Shown here in pieces: positions 9,393-18,484 of a stretch of 46,182 nucleotides of DNA. Position 1 is the stretch's first letter; every line of letters begins with the position of its first letter. The notes beneath the pieces are model-generated. The model saw nothing but the letters and a program-made list of their open reading frames with translations. It ran no database searches and had not been told where the DNA came from. Location: sequence record SRR31156797_11237; one strand, 5' to 3'. The translations under genes were made by a program, and so were the position numbers.

Positions 9393-10880
9393 TTGGAGAA
9401 ATATACCAAAAGCTATTGGACAGATAAGATTTCAAGCATCGAACTGAGAAACAAAGCATTTATTGATGGACAATTTGTTGAAGCGTCTGATGGGGGCTCT
9501 TATGAGGTGCTTAACCCAGCGACAGGTAGAAAGCTGGCTGATGTTACCGCATGTACTTCAGCGGATGTCGATAGTGCGGTCAGCGCGGCAAAAGCAAGTT
9601 TTGAGCAAGGCGTATGGGCGAAGAAAGCGCCAGCTGAACGTAAACAAGTGATTAAAAAGCTTGCGCAGCTTATCGTCGAAAATCAGGAAGAGTTGGCGTT
9701 ATTAGAAACATTAAACGTCGGTAAGCCAGTGATGGACTCGTTTAATCTGGATATTCCGGGAGCCGCGGGTTGTTTTGAATGGTATGCCGAAGCTGTGGAT
9801 AAAATTTACGGCGAAGTGGCACCGACTGATGGCAATAATGTCGCGATGATCACGCGTGAACCTATTGGGGTTGTCGCTGCCATCATCCCATGGAATTTCC
9901 CTCTTGATATTGCCGCATGGAAACTCGCACCTGCACTGATTTCGGGGAATTCAGTTGTACTGAAACCAGCGGAACAATCTCCGCATACTGCACTTCGTCT
10001 GGCTGAGTTAGCGATGGAAGCCGGATTACCAAAAGGCGTATTAAGTGTCGTTACGGGGACAGGTGAAGTTGTAGGGCAAGCGCTGGGACGCCACAACGAT
10101 GTCGATTGCTTAACCTTTACCGGTTCAACGGCGACAGCAAAACGTCTAATGAGCTACTCTGCTGAATCGAACATGAAACCAGTGTGGCCAGAAACTGGAG
10201 GAAAGAGTCCTAACCTGATTTTTGCTGATTGCAATTTAGATGCAGCAGTAGAGCATGCGGCTGCCGGTATCTTTTTTAATCAGGGTGAAGTTTGCTCCGC
10301 TAACTCTCGAATTCTTGTTGAACGCAGTATTCAGCAACAATTTACTCAGAAGCTGATTGAACATACAAAACAAATGAAGTTGGGCGACCCTCTGGATCCG
10401 GACACACAAATTGGTGCTCTGATTAGCAAAGAACATGCGAGTAAAGTACGTAAGATGGTGGCTGATGCAGAAGAAGCGGGGGCAACATCAGCGTGTGGGT
10501 ATGAGCCAGCTGATCAGCAAAGTAATTTTGTTGAGCCAACCATTTTAACCAACGTCACGCCTTCGATGGCAATAGCTCAAGAAGAAGTGTTTGGCCCTGT
10601 TGTTGTGGTTATTCCATTTGATAGTAAAGAGCAGGCAATTGAAATGGCGAATAGCTCGATATATGGATTAGCCGCATCGGTCTGGACGCAGGATATTACT
10701 CGTGCGCACTCTGTTGCAAAGTCACTGCGAGCTGGCACCGTTTCAATCAATACCATGGATGCTCTCGACTACAGCACACCATTTGGGGGCTTTAAACAAT
10801 CAGGTTTTGGCCGAGATTTGTCACTGCACGCGTTTGATAAATTTACGCAACTAAAAACTACGTGGATTAAGTTGAGTTAA
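9393..10880 (+). CDS. NAD-dependent aldehyde dehydrogenase (PuuC/HinD-like)
   Basis: IIPWNFP, LKPAEQSP, FTGST, ETGGKSP (catalytic Glu), FFNQGEVC (catalytic Cys), EEVFGP, PFGGFKQSG; TTG start with AAGGAG RBS. Confidence 0.95.
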   Translation: MEKYTKSYWTDKISSIELRNKAFIDGQFVEASDGGSYEVLNPATGRKLADVTACTSADVDSAVSAAKASFEQGVWAKKAPAERKQVIKKLAQLIVENQEELALLETLNVGKPVMDSFNLDIPGAAGCFEWYAEAVDKIYGEVAPTDGNNVAMITREPIGVVAAIIPWNFPLDIAAWKLAPALISGNSVVLKPAEQSPHTALRLAELAMEAGLPKGVLSVVTGTGEVVGQALGRHNDVDCLTFTGSTATAKRLMSYSAESNMKPVWPETGGKSPNLIFADCNLDAAVEHAAAGIFFNQGEVCSANSRILVERSIQQQFTQKLIEHTKQMKLGDPLDPDTQIGALISKEHASKVRKMVADAEEAGATSACGYEPADQQSNFVEPTILTNVTPSMAIAQEEVFGPVVVVIPFDSKEQAIEMANSSIYGLAASVWTQDITRAHSVAKSLRAGTVSINTMDALDYSTPFGGFKQSGFGRDLSLHAFDKFTQLKTTWIKLS

Positions 10881-10895
10881 CGTGAGTTGAAATAA

Positions 10896-10927
10896 AAATA
10901 AGGGAAGAAAATATGCTTCCCTTATTT
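10896..10927. terminator. Bidirectional terminator
   Basis: AAATAAGGGAAG-N8-CTTCCCTTATTT between convergent genes. Confidence 0.75.
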
Positions 10928-10938
10928 ATGTGAACTAA

Positions 10939-12105
10939 TTAAAACTCTTCTTTTGATAATGAAGTAGCCAAGGCGGAAATAAACGATTCCGCTTTTTCTA
11001 ATTGTCCAAATGAAATAAATTCATTCGGTTTGTGACCTTGCTCCATATTACCGGGGCCACATACTAATGTTGGTATTTTTAATCGTTCAGAAAATAATCC
11101 ACCTTCAGTGCCAAAATTAATTTTGCTCATTTCATAGTCTTGAGCCAGATTTTGCACATAGGTAATGAGTTCGGTATTTTCAGAAGAGTCTAACCCTGGG
11201 TATTCAGTAAGAATATCGATGTGGATGTCACAATCTGAACTGACCTCGTGCATTTCCATAACTAGCTGTTCTGAGTATGTCTTTAACTCATTCAAAATGT
11301 GTTTCGGGTCATCGCTCGCAATGTTACGCATTTCGAAATCAAACTCGCAGTGATCAGGAACGATGTTCAGAGCCTGCCCACCCCGAATGGTACCGGTATG
11401 AATGGTGGTATATGGAATCTCATATTCGTCATTATACGGGCCGAAGTTACGTTTCGACAGCGCCATGTTCTCTAACCAATTCACCAGACGAGCCGCGTAG
11501 TTAACCGCATTCACACCGTAAGGGGCCATGCCTGAGTGACATGATTTACCCGTTACGGTAATTTTCGCTGCCAGCTTACCTTTGTGCAGACTGGCGACTT
11601 TCATCGAAGTGGGCTCACCAACAATACAGGCCGCAGGTTTTATGGTTAAGTGCTGCAGATGCTCAATGAGATCTCTTACCCCAAGGCAGCCAATTTCTTC
11701 ATCGTAAGAAAACGCAAAATGCACTGGTGTTTTCAAAGGTGTAGCTAAAAACTCAGGAATTGCCGCTAGAATCACAGCAATGAATGACTTCATGTCTGTC
11801 GTTCCGCGTCCATAGCAACGCTCATCTTTAATCACTAGCTCGAATGGGTTGGTATCCCAAGGCTGTCCTGTTACCGGAACGGTATCTGTATGGCCTGAAA
11901 GCATAACCCCCGCTTTGCCTTCGGGGCCGATAGAAGCGAATAAGTTTGCTTTGGTTTTCTCTTTATTGAACACTAATTTCGAAGTGATGCCGTGCTCAGT
12001 CAGATAGGTTTGAATAAAGTCGATCAGCGGCATATTGGAATGCGCGCTGGTCGTGTCATAGCTGATTAGCGTGGATAAAATATCCAGTGTTTTTTGATTT
12101 GGCAT
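10939..12105 (-). CDS. argE: M20 ArgE-like amidohydrolase (acetylornithine deacetylase family; HinG-like in this context)
   Basis: SGHTDTVP, GRGTTDMK, YDEEIG, IVGEPT, FGTEGG, GHKPNE metal-binding motifs. Confidence 0.88.
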   Translation of the reverse strand: MPNQKTLDILSTLISYDTTSAHSNMPLIDFIQTYLTEHGITSKLVFNKEKTKANLFASIGPEGKAGVMLSGHTDTVPVTGQPWDTNPFELVIKDERCYGRGTTDMKSFIAVILAAIPEFLATPLKTPVHFAFSYDEEIGCLGVRDLIEHLQHLTIKPAACIVGEPTSMKVASLHKGKLAAKITVTGKSCHSGMAPYGVNAVNYAARLVNWLENMALSKRNFGPYNDEYEIPYTTIHTGTIRGGQALNIVPDHCEFDFEMRNIASDDPKHILNELKTYSEQLVMEMHEVSSDCDIHIDILTEYPGLDSSENTELITYVQNLAQDYEMSKINFGTEGGLFSERLKIPTLVCGPGNMEQGHKPNEFISFGQLEKAESFISALATSLSKEEF

Positions 12106-12132
12106 TGTGCAAACCTGTTTGTGTTATTTTTG

Positions 12133-13749
12133 TTATTCTGTGTAATCCCGCTGTATAAAATCTGCGGCGCGTTCGCCAATCATGATACAAACAGCGTTAG
12201 TGTTACCACTGACCAGTTCCGGCATTACCGAAGCATCCGCAATGCGAAGCCCTTTCATACCATGAACTTTTAAGTCCGAAGAAACAACCGAAAGATCGTC
12301 AGTGCCTATCTTACATGTGCCTACAGGGTGGAAAACGGTAGCGCCATACTCACGGACGTAGTCCATTAACTGTTCGTCAGTCTGGCATTCTTCTCCTGGC
12401 AACATTTCTTTACCTCTAAACGGCGTAAATTCGTTGTCAGCAAGAATTTTACGAGCGTAGCGGATACCATCAATCAGCACTTTCGCGTCTTGTTCGTCTT
12501 CTAAAAAGTTATAGTCAATCTCAAGTTCTTTCGATGGGCTCAATGTTAATTGACCGATACTTTTGGGTTTCAGTACACAGGTATGAATAGCATAGCCGTG
12601 TCCCCATTCAAACAGACGACCTCTATGACTGCGATAGCCAGGTACAAAATGAAACTGGATATCGGGTTTATCACTATTGGTGGTTGAAGCAAAACCGCCA
12701 GCTTCAACATAGTTGGTTGTTAACCAACCTTTACGTTTAAGTAAGTAGCTAAAGGGCGCTTTGACGATACTCGGCAACGCACCCAAAGAAAAACCCAAGC
12801 TCTCTTTGGAAGATGATCTGACCGTAACGAGTCCGTCTAAATGATCCTGAAGATTTTGCCCCACGCCTGACAACTCATGTTTTACCTCAATGTTGGCTTT
12901 TTCCAGTTGTTGTTTCGGGCCAATACCTGATTTCATCAAAATATGAGGAGTTCCTAACGCACCTGCGGACAGAATAACTTCTTTGTTGGCGATGAGAGTC
13001 TTGATTTGCCCCTGATGAGTAATGGTCAAGCCAGTTATGTGCTTGTCATTAATCGTCAGATGTTCTACGTGTGCATTGGTAATGACAGTTAGGTTATTAC
13101 GTTTATCAAGGACTGAATCAACAAATGCTTTGTAGCTGGAAAGACGTTTGGCTTCTTTTTGAGTGACATCATAAATACCCACACCGAGCTGACTCTCACC
13201 GTTAAAGTCTTGGTTGCTCTTTAGTCCTAAAGCTTGATTGGCCGCTTTGACAAAACGGTAAGAAAACGGGTTAGGACTTTGCGGCTTATCAACCAGCAAT
13301 TCGCCCTCTGTTCCATGATATTTTTTGCTGTGTCCCAATAAGTTCTTTTCCGATTTTTTGAAGTATGGGAGAACTTCATTCCAGCTCCAGCCTTCTGCTC
13401 CAAGCTCTTGCCAGCGATCATAGTCATCCTGATTACCACGAATGTAGATCATACTGTTCATCGAAGAAGAGCCACCAACGGCTTTACCTCTGGGGCAGTG
13501 AAGCGAACGGTTATTCATGTTCTTTTGCGGAGTGGAGTAGTAGTTCCAGCTGTATTTTTCACTCTTGTAAAGTGTAATTGTCCCAGCTGGAACCTGAATT
13601 CTCGGAGAGTTATCCTTATCGCCAGCCTCGATAAGACAGACGGAAACTGCAGGATCTTCGGATAAGCGGCTTGCTATAACACTGCCGGCAGATCCTGCAC
13701 CAATGACGATGAAATCGAAACTGTCGGAAATCGATACCATATCTGACAT
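12133..13749 (-). CDS. GMC-family oxidoreductase (choline/alcohol dehydrogenase-like)
   Basis: DFIVIGAGSAG, GGSSSMNSMIYIRG, VGQNLQDH, FHPVGTCKIG, SGNTNA. Confidence 0.93.
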   Translation of the reverse strand: MSDMVSISDSFDFIVIGAGSAGSVIASRLSEDPAVSVCLIEAGDKDNSPRIQVPAGTITLYKSEKYSWNYYSTPQKNMNNRSLHCPRGKAVGGSSSMNSMIYIRGNQDDYDRWQELGAEGWSWNEVLPYFKKSEKNLLGHSKKYHGTEGELLVDKPQSPNPFSYRFVKAANQALGLKSNQDFNGESQLGVGIYDVTQKEAKRLSSYKAFVDSVLDKRNNLTVITNAHVEHLTINDKHITGLTITHQGQIKTLIANKEVILSAGALGTPHILMKSGIGPKQQLEKANIEVKHELSGVGQNLQDHLDGLVTVRSSSKESLGFSLGALPSIVKAPFSYLLKRKGWLTTNYVEAGGFASTTNSDKPDIQFHFVPGYRSHRGRLFEWGHGYAIHTCVLKPKSIGQLTLSPSKELEIDYNFLEDEQDAKVLIDGIRYARKILADNEFTPFRGKEMLPGEECQTDEQLMDYVREYGATVFHPVGTCKIGTDDLSVVSSDLKVHGMKGLRIADASVMPELVSGNTNAVCIMIGERAADFIQRDYTE

Positions 13750-13866
13750 AACTTTGAACCTTATAGCGAACGCTAGTGAAATACCGAAACGGCAAGTATT
13801 TCATTAGGTTGTTGACGATGGGGCAGCAACGACGCATGCGAGATGCGCCGCTACCAAACTTGGAGG

Positions 13867-14739
13867 CTAGTGGATTTCCTGCATATCATCATGCAGCAGA
13901 GATAGAATTTCCTTTTTAATTGACAGGAATTCCGGTTCCATTGCCAAGTCCAGTGATCTTGGGTGAGGGATGTCCACATCCAGTATTTTTTGAATTCTTC
14001 CGGGTTTTGAACCCATAACGAAAACGCGATCACCGAGCATGATGGCCTCATCAATATCATGCGTCACGAATACCACGGTTTTTTTACTTTTTTCCCAAAC
14101 CTGAAGTAACAACTGCTGCATTTGCAGGCGAGTCTGACTGTCTAGCGCACCGAAAGGTTCATCCATCAATAAAATCTTTGGATCGTTTGCCAGAGAGCGG
14201 GCTATCGCAACTCGTTGCTTCATACCGCCCGAAAGCTGTTTGGGAAAATGGTTTGCGAAGTTTTCAAGCCCAACTTGCTTGATGTAGTCTTCAACAATTT
14301 TCTTACGCTCTTTTGCTGGTATTTTTTTCTGCTTAAGACCGAACTCAATGTTTTGAGAAACCGTTAGCCAAGGGAATAGGGTATAGCTTTGGAAAACCAT
14401 GCCACGTTCAGCGCTTGGCCCATTTACCGTTTCGCCAGCAACACGGATTTCGCCTTCTGTCGGGTTGTTTAGACCGGCAGTTAGGTAAAGCAGACTAGAT
14501 TTACCACAACCAGATGGTCCGACGATTACCACAAACTCTTGGTCTTTCACTTCGAGAGACAGGTTCTCGATTGCTGTAAATTCGCCACCATTCTTGGTCG
14601 GGAATTTAAGCGTAATATTGTCTATATGCAGCTGAGTTTTTTTATCAGAGACAGGTTTCAGTCCATGATATTTATCAGTTACTGAAGTTTCTTCAATTGG
14701 TTCTTGAACTGATTTTGAATTTGTCGCTACTTGTCCCAT
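13867..14739 (-). CDS. NitT/TauT-family ABC transporter ATP-binding protein
   Basis: GPSGCGKS, VFQSYTLFPW, LSGGMKQR, LLMDEPFGALD, VTHD. Confidence 0.95.
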   Translation of the reverse strand: MGQVATNSKSVQEPIEETSVTDKYHGLKPVSDKKTQLHIDNITLKFPTKNGGEFTAIENLSLEVKDQEFVVIVGPSGCGKSSLLYLTAGLNNPTEGEIRVAGETVNGPSAERGMVFQSYTLFPWLTVSQNIEFGLKQKKIPAKERKKIVEDYIKQVGLENFANHFPKQLSGGMKQRVAIARSLANDPKILLMDEPFGALDSQTRLQMQQLLLQVWEKSKKTVVFVTHDIDEAIMLGDRVFVMGSKPGRIQKILDVDIPHPRSLDLAMEPEFLSIKKEILSLLHDDMQEIH

Positions 14740-15530
14740 GCGCTTAACCTCAATCGTAAAACTTTAAAGAACTGGTCAGTAATCAGGCCAAGTAAGCCGA
14801 TAATAACGATAGCTAGGAAGATAATATCAACCTGGAAGCCACGCATTGCTTTTAAGCTAATGTAGCCAAGACCGCTGTTCGCAGCGACGAGTTCAGCAAC
14901 CACTAAGTAAGTCCATGCCCAACCGATGGTGACGCGCAGTGCATCCAGTACACCAGGAACGGAAGCAGGCATGATGATTTGAGTTAGAACCTTTTTACGG
15001 CTTGTTCCTAGCGTGTAAGCTGCATGCAGAAGGTCTTTGGACACACCCCGTGAAACATCCGCAATCATGACCACCTGTTGAAAGAACACGCCAAAGATAA
15101 TGACAGTGACACGCTGCTCAATACCGATACCTATCCATAGAATGAACAGTGGTACGAATGAAGTCACCGGCAAGTAGCGAATAAAGTTCACTAACGGGTC
15201 TAAGAATGCTTGCACAATTCGGAAGCTGCCCATTAGAAGACCTAATGGAATGGCAACCAGAGAGGAAAGCCAGAAGCCGATGATAACAACTTCGAGACTC
15301 GCCCAAATGTGGGTTAGTAGGGTGCCATCTTCCGCTAAACGCATGCCTGTATTCAGGACCTCGAGCGGTGATGGAAGAAACATACTTGGCACCCAGCCAG
15401 TATAAGAGAGTATTACCCAACCAGTGAGCAGGACTAACCAACTGATTAGTCCGGCACTGATAACGAATTTGTTGGGAATATCCTCTTTAGGTGCAGTCAA
15501 TTGATGCAAAGAGAATGATTGATTAGCCAC
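14727..15530 (-). CDS. NitT/TauT-family ABC transporter permease
   Basis: FLPSP, multiple TM helices, AAYTLG (EAA-like loop), AWTYLVVAEL...GLG. Confidence 0.93.
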   Translation of the reverse strand: MANQSFSLHQLTAPKEDIPNKFVISAGLISWLVLLTGWVILSYTGWVPSMFLPSPLEVLNTGMRLAEDGTLLTHIWASLEVVIIGFWLSSLVAIPLGLLMGSFRIVQAFLDPLVNFIRYLPVTSFVPLFILWIGIGIEQRVTVIIFGVFFQQVVMIADVSRGVSKDLLHAAYTLGTSRKKVLTQIIMPASVPGVLDALRVTIGWAWTYLVVAELVAANSGLGYISLKAMRGFQVDIIFLAIVIIGLLGLITDQFFKVLRLRLSAWDK

Positions 15531-15543
15531 AACAAATCCTTAC

Positions 15544-16542
15544 TTATTGTTTCACAAAACGGTTGTCTACCAGTTCTTCGAAAGTAACGCTGTACTCTTC
15601 TTTTTTCAGCTCGCTCCATGTTTCATTGGCAAGCTTAATAACCGGAGAAATTTCACCTTCTTTACCCAGTTCACCCAGTAACTTCGTTGCCATTTTCTGA
15701 TCGTAGAAACGAACAGTTGATGCAGCTTCCGCTAAGTCTTTTGGATCTGAAAGGTAACCGCCCAGCTCTTTAGCCATGATTTCGTACGCTTTTTCCGGGC
15801 TATCTTTAGTAAATTGAACGGCACGGTATAAACCATCAACCAGTGCTGCAACATCTTCAGGCTGCTGTTCGATTACGTCACAACGAAGATTAACCACGTC
15901 AACAATGACGCCAGGCGTTTTACTGCTGTCGACCAATACTTTGCCAGCGTTATGAGAACGAGCGTAAGACAGGTTTGGTTCCCATGTTACCGCTGCAGGA
16001 ACACGGCCAGAGATAAATGCACTCGCGGCATCGTCTGCTGTCATATTTTGCACGGTAATATCAGACATGCTCATCCCGGCATCTTTCAGCAGGTTTGAAA
16101 GCCAGAACTGAGAAACAGAACCTTCGTTTACTGCCACTGTTTTACCTTTCAGGTCTTGCATAGAATTGATGCCGTCCTGAACTAAGATGCCGTCACCACC
16201 GTAGCTGTCATCTAGTACAGCCACCGCTTTGAAACAGAATTTCGGGCGGTATTTAAGGATTTCATCAATCGTTGACGCTGAACCGTCAAGGTGGCCTGAC
16301 GCTGTAGCAGCCATGTACATTGATGCTTCTTCAATAGTTTGAAGATCAACTTCCAGTCCTTTTTCTTTGAAGTATCCCAGCTCTTTAGCCAGATAAAGCG
16401 TACCGTAGCCAACCCAAGTCGTCATACCGATAGAGAGTTCACCAGCGTTAGCAAGCTGTGTTGTTAACGCAAGTACTGAAAGCGTTTTTGCTGCTGTCTT
16501 CGTGTGCTTTTTAAATTTACTTTCCTGTTTACGCATATCCAA
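15544..16542 (-). CDS. NitT/TauT (SsuA/NMT1-like) ABC transporter substrate-binding protein
   Basis: Signal peptide; WVGYGTLYLAKELGYF, DDSYGGDGI, DLKGKTVA, AAVTWEP. Confidence 0.9.
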   Translation of the reverse strand: MDMRKQESKFKKHTKTAAKTLSVLALTTQLANAGELSIGMTTWVGYGTLYLAKELGYFKEKGLEVDLQTIEEASMYMAATASGHLDGSASTIDEILKYRPKFCFKAVAVLDDSYGGDGILVQDGINSMQDLKGKTVAVNEGSVSQFWLSNLLKDAGMSMSDITVQNMTADDAASAFISGRVPAAVTWEPNLSYARSHNAGKVLVDSSKTPGVIVDVVNLRCDVIEQQPEDVAALVDGLYRAVQFTKDSPEKAYEIMAKELGGYLSDPKDLAEAASTVRFYDQKMATKLLGELGKEGEISPVIKLANETWSELKKEEYSVTFEELVDNRFVKQ

Positions 16543-16729
16543 TGTCCTTTTGAATTAGAGGGCTTTAATTGAGCAATACCAGTTAAGCATGTGTGAAATA
16601 TGTGAACAATTATTAAAAACTTTGCTTTTGAATAGGTTTTTTTAATCCACTCTGAAATGGCTTTAGTTTTTGGTATGAATTGGTGAGTAAGTGCGGCAAT
16701 GATGGGCTGATTTATATACAAACGGGATC

Positions 16730-16758
16730 AAAAAACGCCAGAAGTATTCTTCTGGCGT
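16730..16758 (-). terminator. Intrinsic terminator of the aap-iaaA operon
   Basis: ACGCCAGAAG-TATT-CTTCTGGCGT stem with a U tract on the minus strand. Confidence 0.85.
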
Positions 16759-16787
16759 GAATAAGTTAGTCATTAACTTTGGGGGAG

Positions 16788-17717
16788 CTATTCGTAGATC
16801 TTTGATTGAGCAGGTTGGTTAGAGCCTCCCCAGCCGCGGTACATACCTTCCGTGTTAAACGGCAGAGTGATATTCCCTTTGTTATCAACAGCGATAATAC
16901 CGCCACTGCCGCCTGTACTTGGTAAGTCTTTAAACACTACATGATTGGAAGCTTGCTCTAAGCTTTCATTGGCCAGCATCATGCGTGATGAAATGTTATG
17001 AGCGACGACATGACGCAGAAAATGCTCGCCATGACCTGTTGCTGAAACCGCGCAAGTCAGGTTATTCGCGTAAGTTCCTGCTCCAATAACAGGGGAGTCA
17101 CCAATACGACCGTATTGTTTATTGGTAATACCGCCGGTTGATGTCGCAGCTGCTACGTTACCGTGCTTGTCGAACGCAACAGCACCCACTGTGCCATATT
17201 TATAATCGTTATCGGTTGGCTCTAAAATCACTTCCTGAGCTTTCAACGCAGATTGAAGCTGTTGATAACGCATCTCGGTAGAGAAATAGGTATTGTCTAC
17301 TTCAACTAGACCGACATCACGGACGAATTTTTCTGCGCCTTCTCCGCCAAGATAAACATGAGGGGAATGATCCATAACAGCCCGAGCAACATTGATTGGG
17401 TTTGGACTGAAACGTATTCCGGATACCGCACCCGCATCAAGCGATTTGCCACACATGATGGAAGCATCAAGTTCGTGCTTACCTTCGTGGTTAAATACAG
17501 CACCTCTGCCAGCGTTAAACCAGGTACAATCTTCTAAGTGATTAACCGCTACCTGAACCACATCCAGTGCGCTTGAGCCTTCTTTCAGGCTTGCTAATCC
17601 CTCTTCAATGATACCTTTTAAAATGTTGGTAATTTCCATTTCCTGTTCGGGAGTCAGTTTCCCTTTGGACATAGCACCTGCGCCACCGTGAATAGCGATG
17701 GAATATTCGTTTGACAT
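16788..17717 (-). CDS. iaaA: Isoaspartyl peptidase / plant-type L-asparaginase
   Basis: IAIHGGAG, FNAGRG, autoproteolysis site G/TVGAVA, AATSTGG, GRIGDSP, SATGHGE. Confidence 0.93.
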   Translation of the reverse strand: MSNEYSIAIHGGAGAMSKGKLTPEQEMEITNILKGIIEEGLASLKEGSSALDVVQVAVNHLEDCTWFNAGRGAVFNHEGKHELDASIMCGKSLDAGAVSGIRFSPNPINVARAVMDHSPHVYLGGEGAEKFVRDVGLVEVDNTYFSTEMRYQQLQSALKAQEVILEPTDNDYKYGTVGAVAFDKHGNVAAATSTGGITNKQYGRIGDSPVIGAGTYANNLTCAVSATGHGEHFLRHVVAHNISSRMMLANESLEQASNHVVFKDLPSTGGSGGIIAVDNKGNITLPFNTEGMYRGWGGSNQPAQSKIYE

Positions 17718-17725
17718 ATATTTCC

Positions 17726-18460
17726 TTAATGGTGAATCAGCTGATTGAGAAACTCGCGGGTGCGAGGTGATTTCGGTGCTGAGAAAAATTCTTCTGGATT
17801 GTTCTCTTCAACAATTTGCCCTTGATCCATAAAAATGACGCGGTCTGCAACTTTACGGGCGAACCCCATTTCATGAGTGACACAAAGCATAGTCATGCCT
17901 TCGCTTGCAAGATCGGTCATCACATCCAGTACTTCCGAGATCATTTCCGGGTCGAGCGCAGATGTTGGTTCGTCAAAAAGCATCACTTCTGGGTTCATGC
18001 ACAGTGCTCGAGCAATGGCGACACGTTGCTGCTGGCCGCCAGAAAGTTGGCTCGGATACTTATTGGCTTGCTCTTGGATCTTAACTTTTTCAAGTAAACC
18101 TAACGCTTTCTCAATCGCGATATCTTCTTTGGTTCCCAGGTTCGATGTTTGCGGCAATACGCAGTTTTCTAAAACCGTTAGGTGAGGGAAAAGATTGAAC
18201 GATTGGAAACACATGCCAACTTGCTTGCGCAGTTCTATAAGATCTTTTGGTGTATCACTGACTTCTTGTCCAAAGACATTAAGCGAGCCGGACTGGTGTT
18301 TTTCCAGTTGGTTTATACAGCGGATAAGCGTTGATTTACCTGAGCCAGAAGGGCCACAAATAACAATACGTTCACCTTTCTTAACGCTTAAATTGATGTC
18401 GCGCAGAGCATGGTATGAGTCGTACCATTTATTCAAATTTTTAGTATTGATGACTTCCAT
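17726..18460 (-). CDS. aapP: Polar amino-acid ABC transporter ATP-binding protein (AapP/BztD-like)
   Basis: [38 protein letters not shown]. Confidence 0.9.
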   Translation of the reverse strand: MEVINTKNLNKWYDSYHALRDINLSVKKGERIVICGPSGSGKSTLIRCINQLEKHQSGSLNVFGQEVSDTPKDLIELRKQVGMCFQSFNLFPHLTVLENCVLPQTSNLGTKEDIAIEKALGLLEKVKIQEQANKYPSQLSGGQQQRVAIARALCMNPEVMLFDEPTSALDPEMISEVLDVMTDLASEGMTMLCVTHEMGFARKVADRVIFMDQGQIVEENNPEEFFSAPKSPRTREFLNQLIHH

Positions 18461-18484
18461 GTAGTTACTTCTCCTAAATGGTCA

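Noticed and set aside
10939-12105. ArgE as an arginine-biosynthesis gene
   Set aside because: No other arg genes nearby; it lies in a catabolic operon, so the symbol reflects family only
12133-13749. Calling the GMC protein betA and the ALDH betB (glycine-betaine synthesis)
   Set aside because: No betI, BCCT or ProU-type transporter nearby; the context is hin-like, so choline specificity is unsupported
16788-17717. IaaA as the enzyme hydrolysing the formylisoasparagine intermediate of the hin pathway
   Set aside because: IaaA acts on the beta-amide of aspartate whereas isoasparagine is the alpha-amide; HinH- and HinG-like genes are already present
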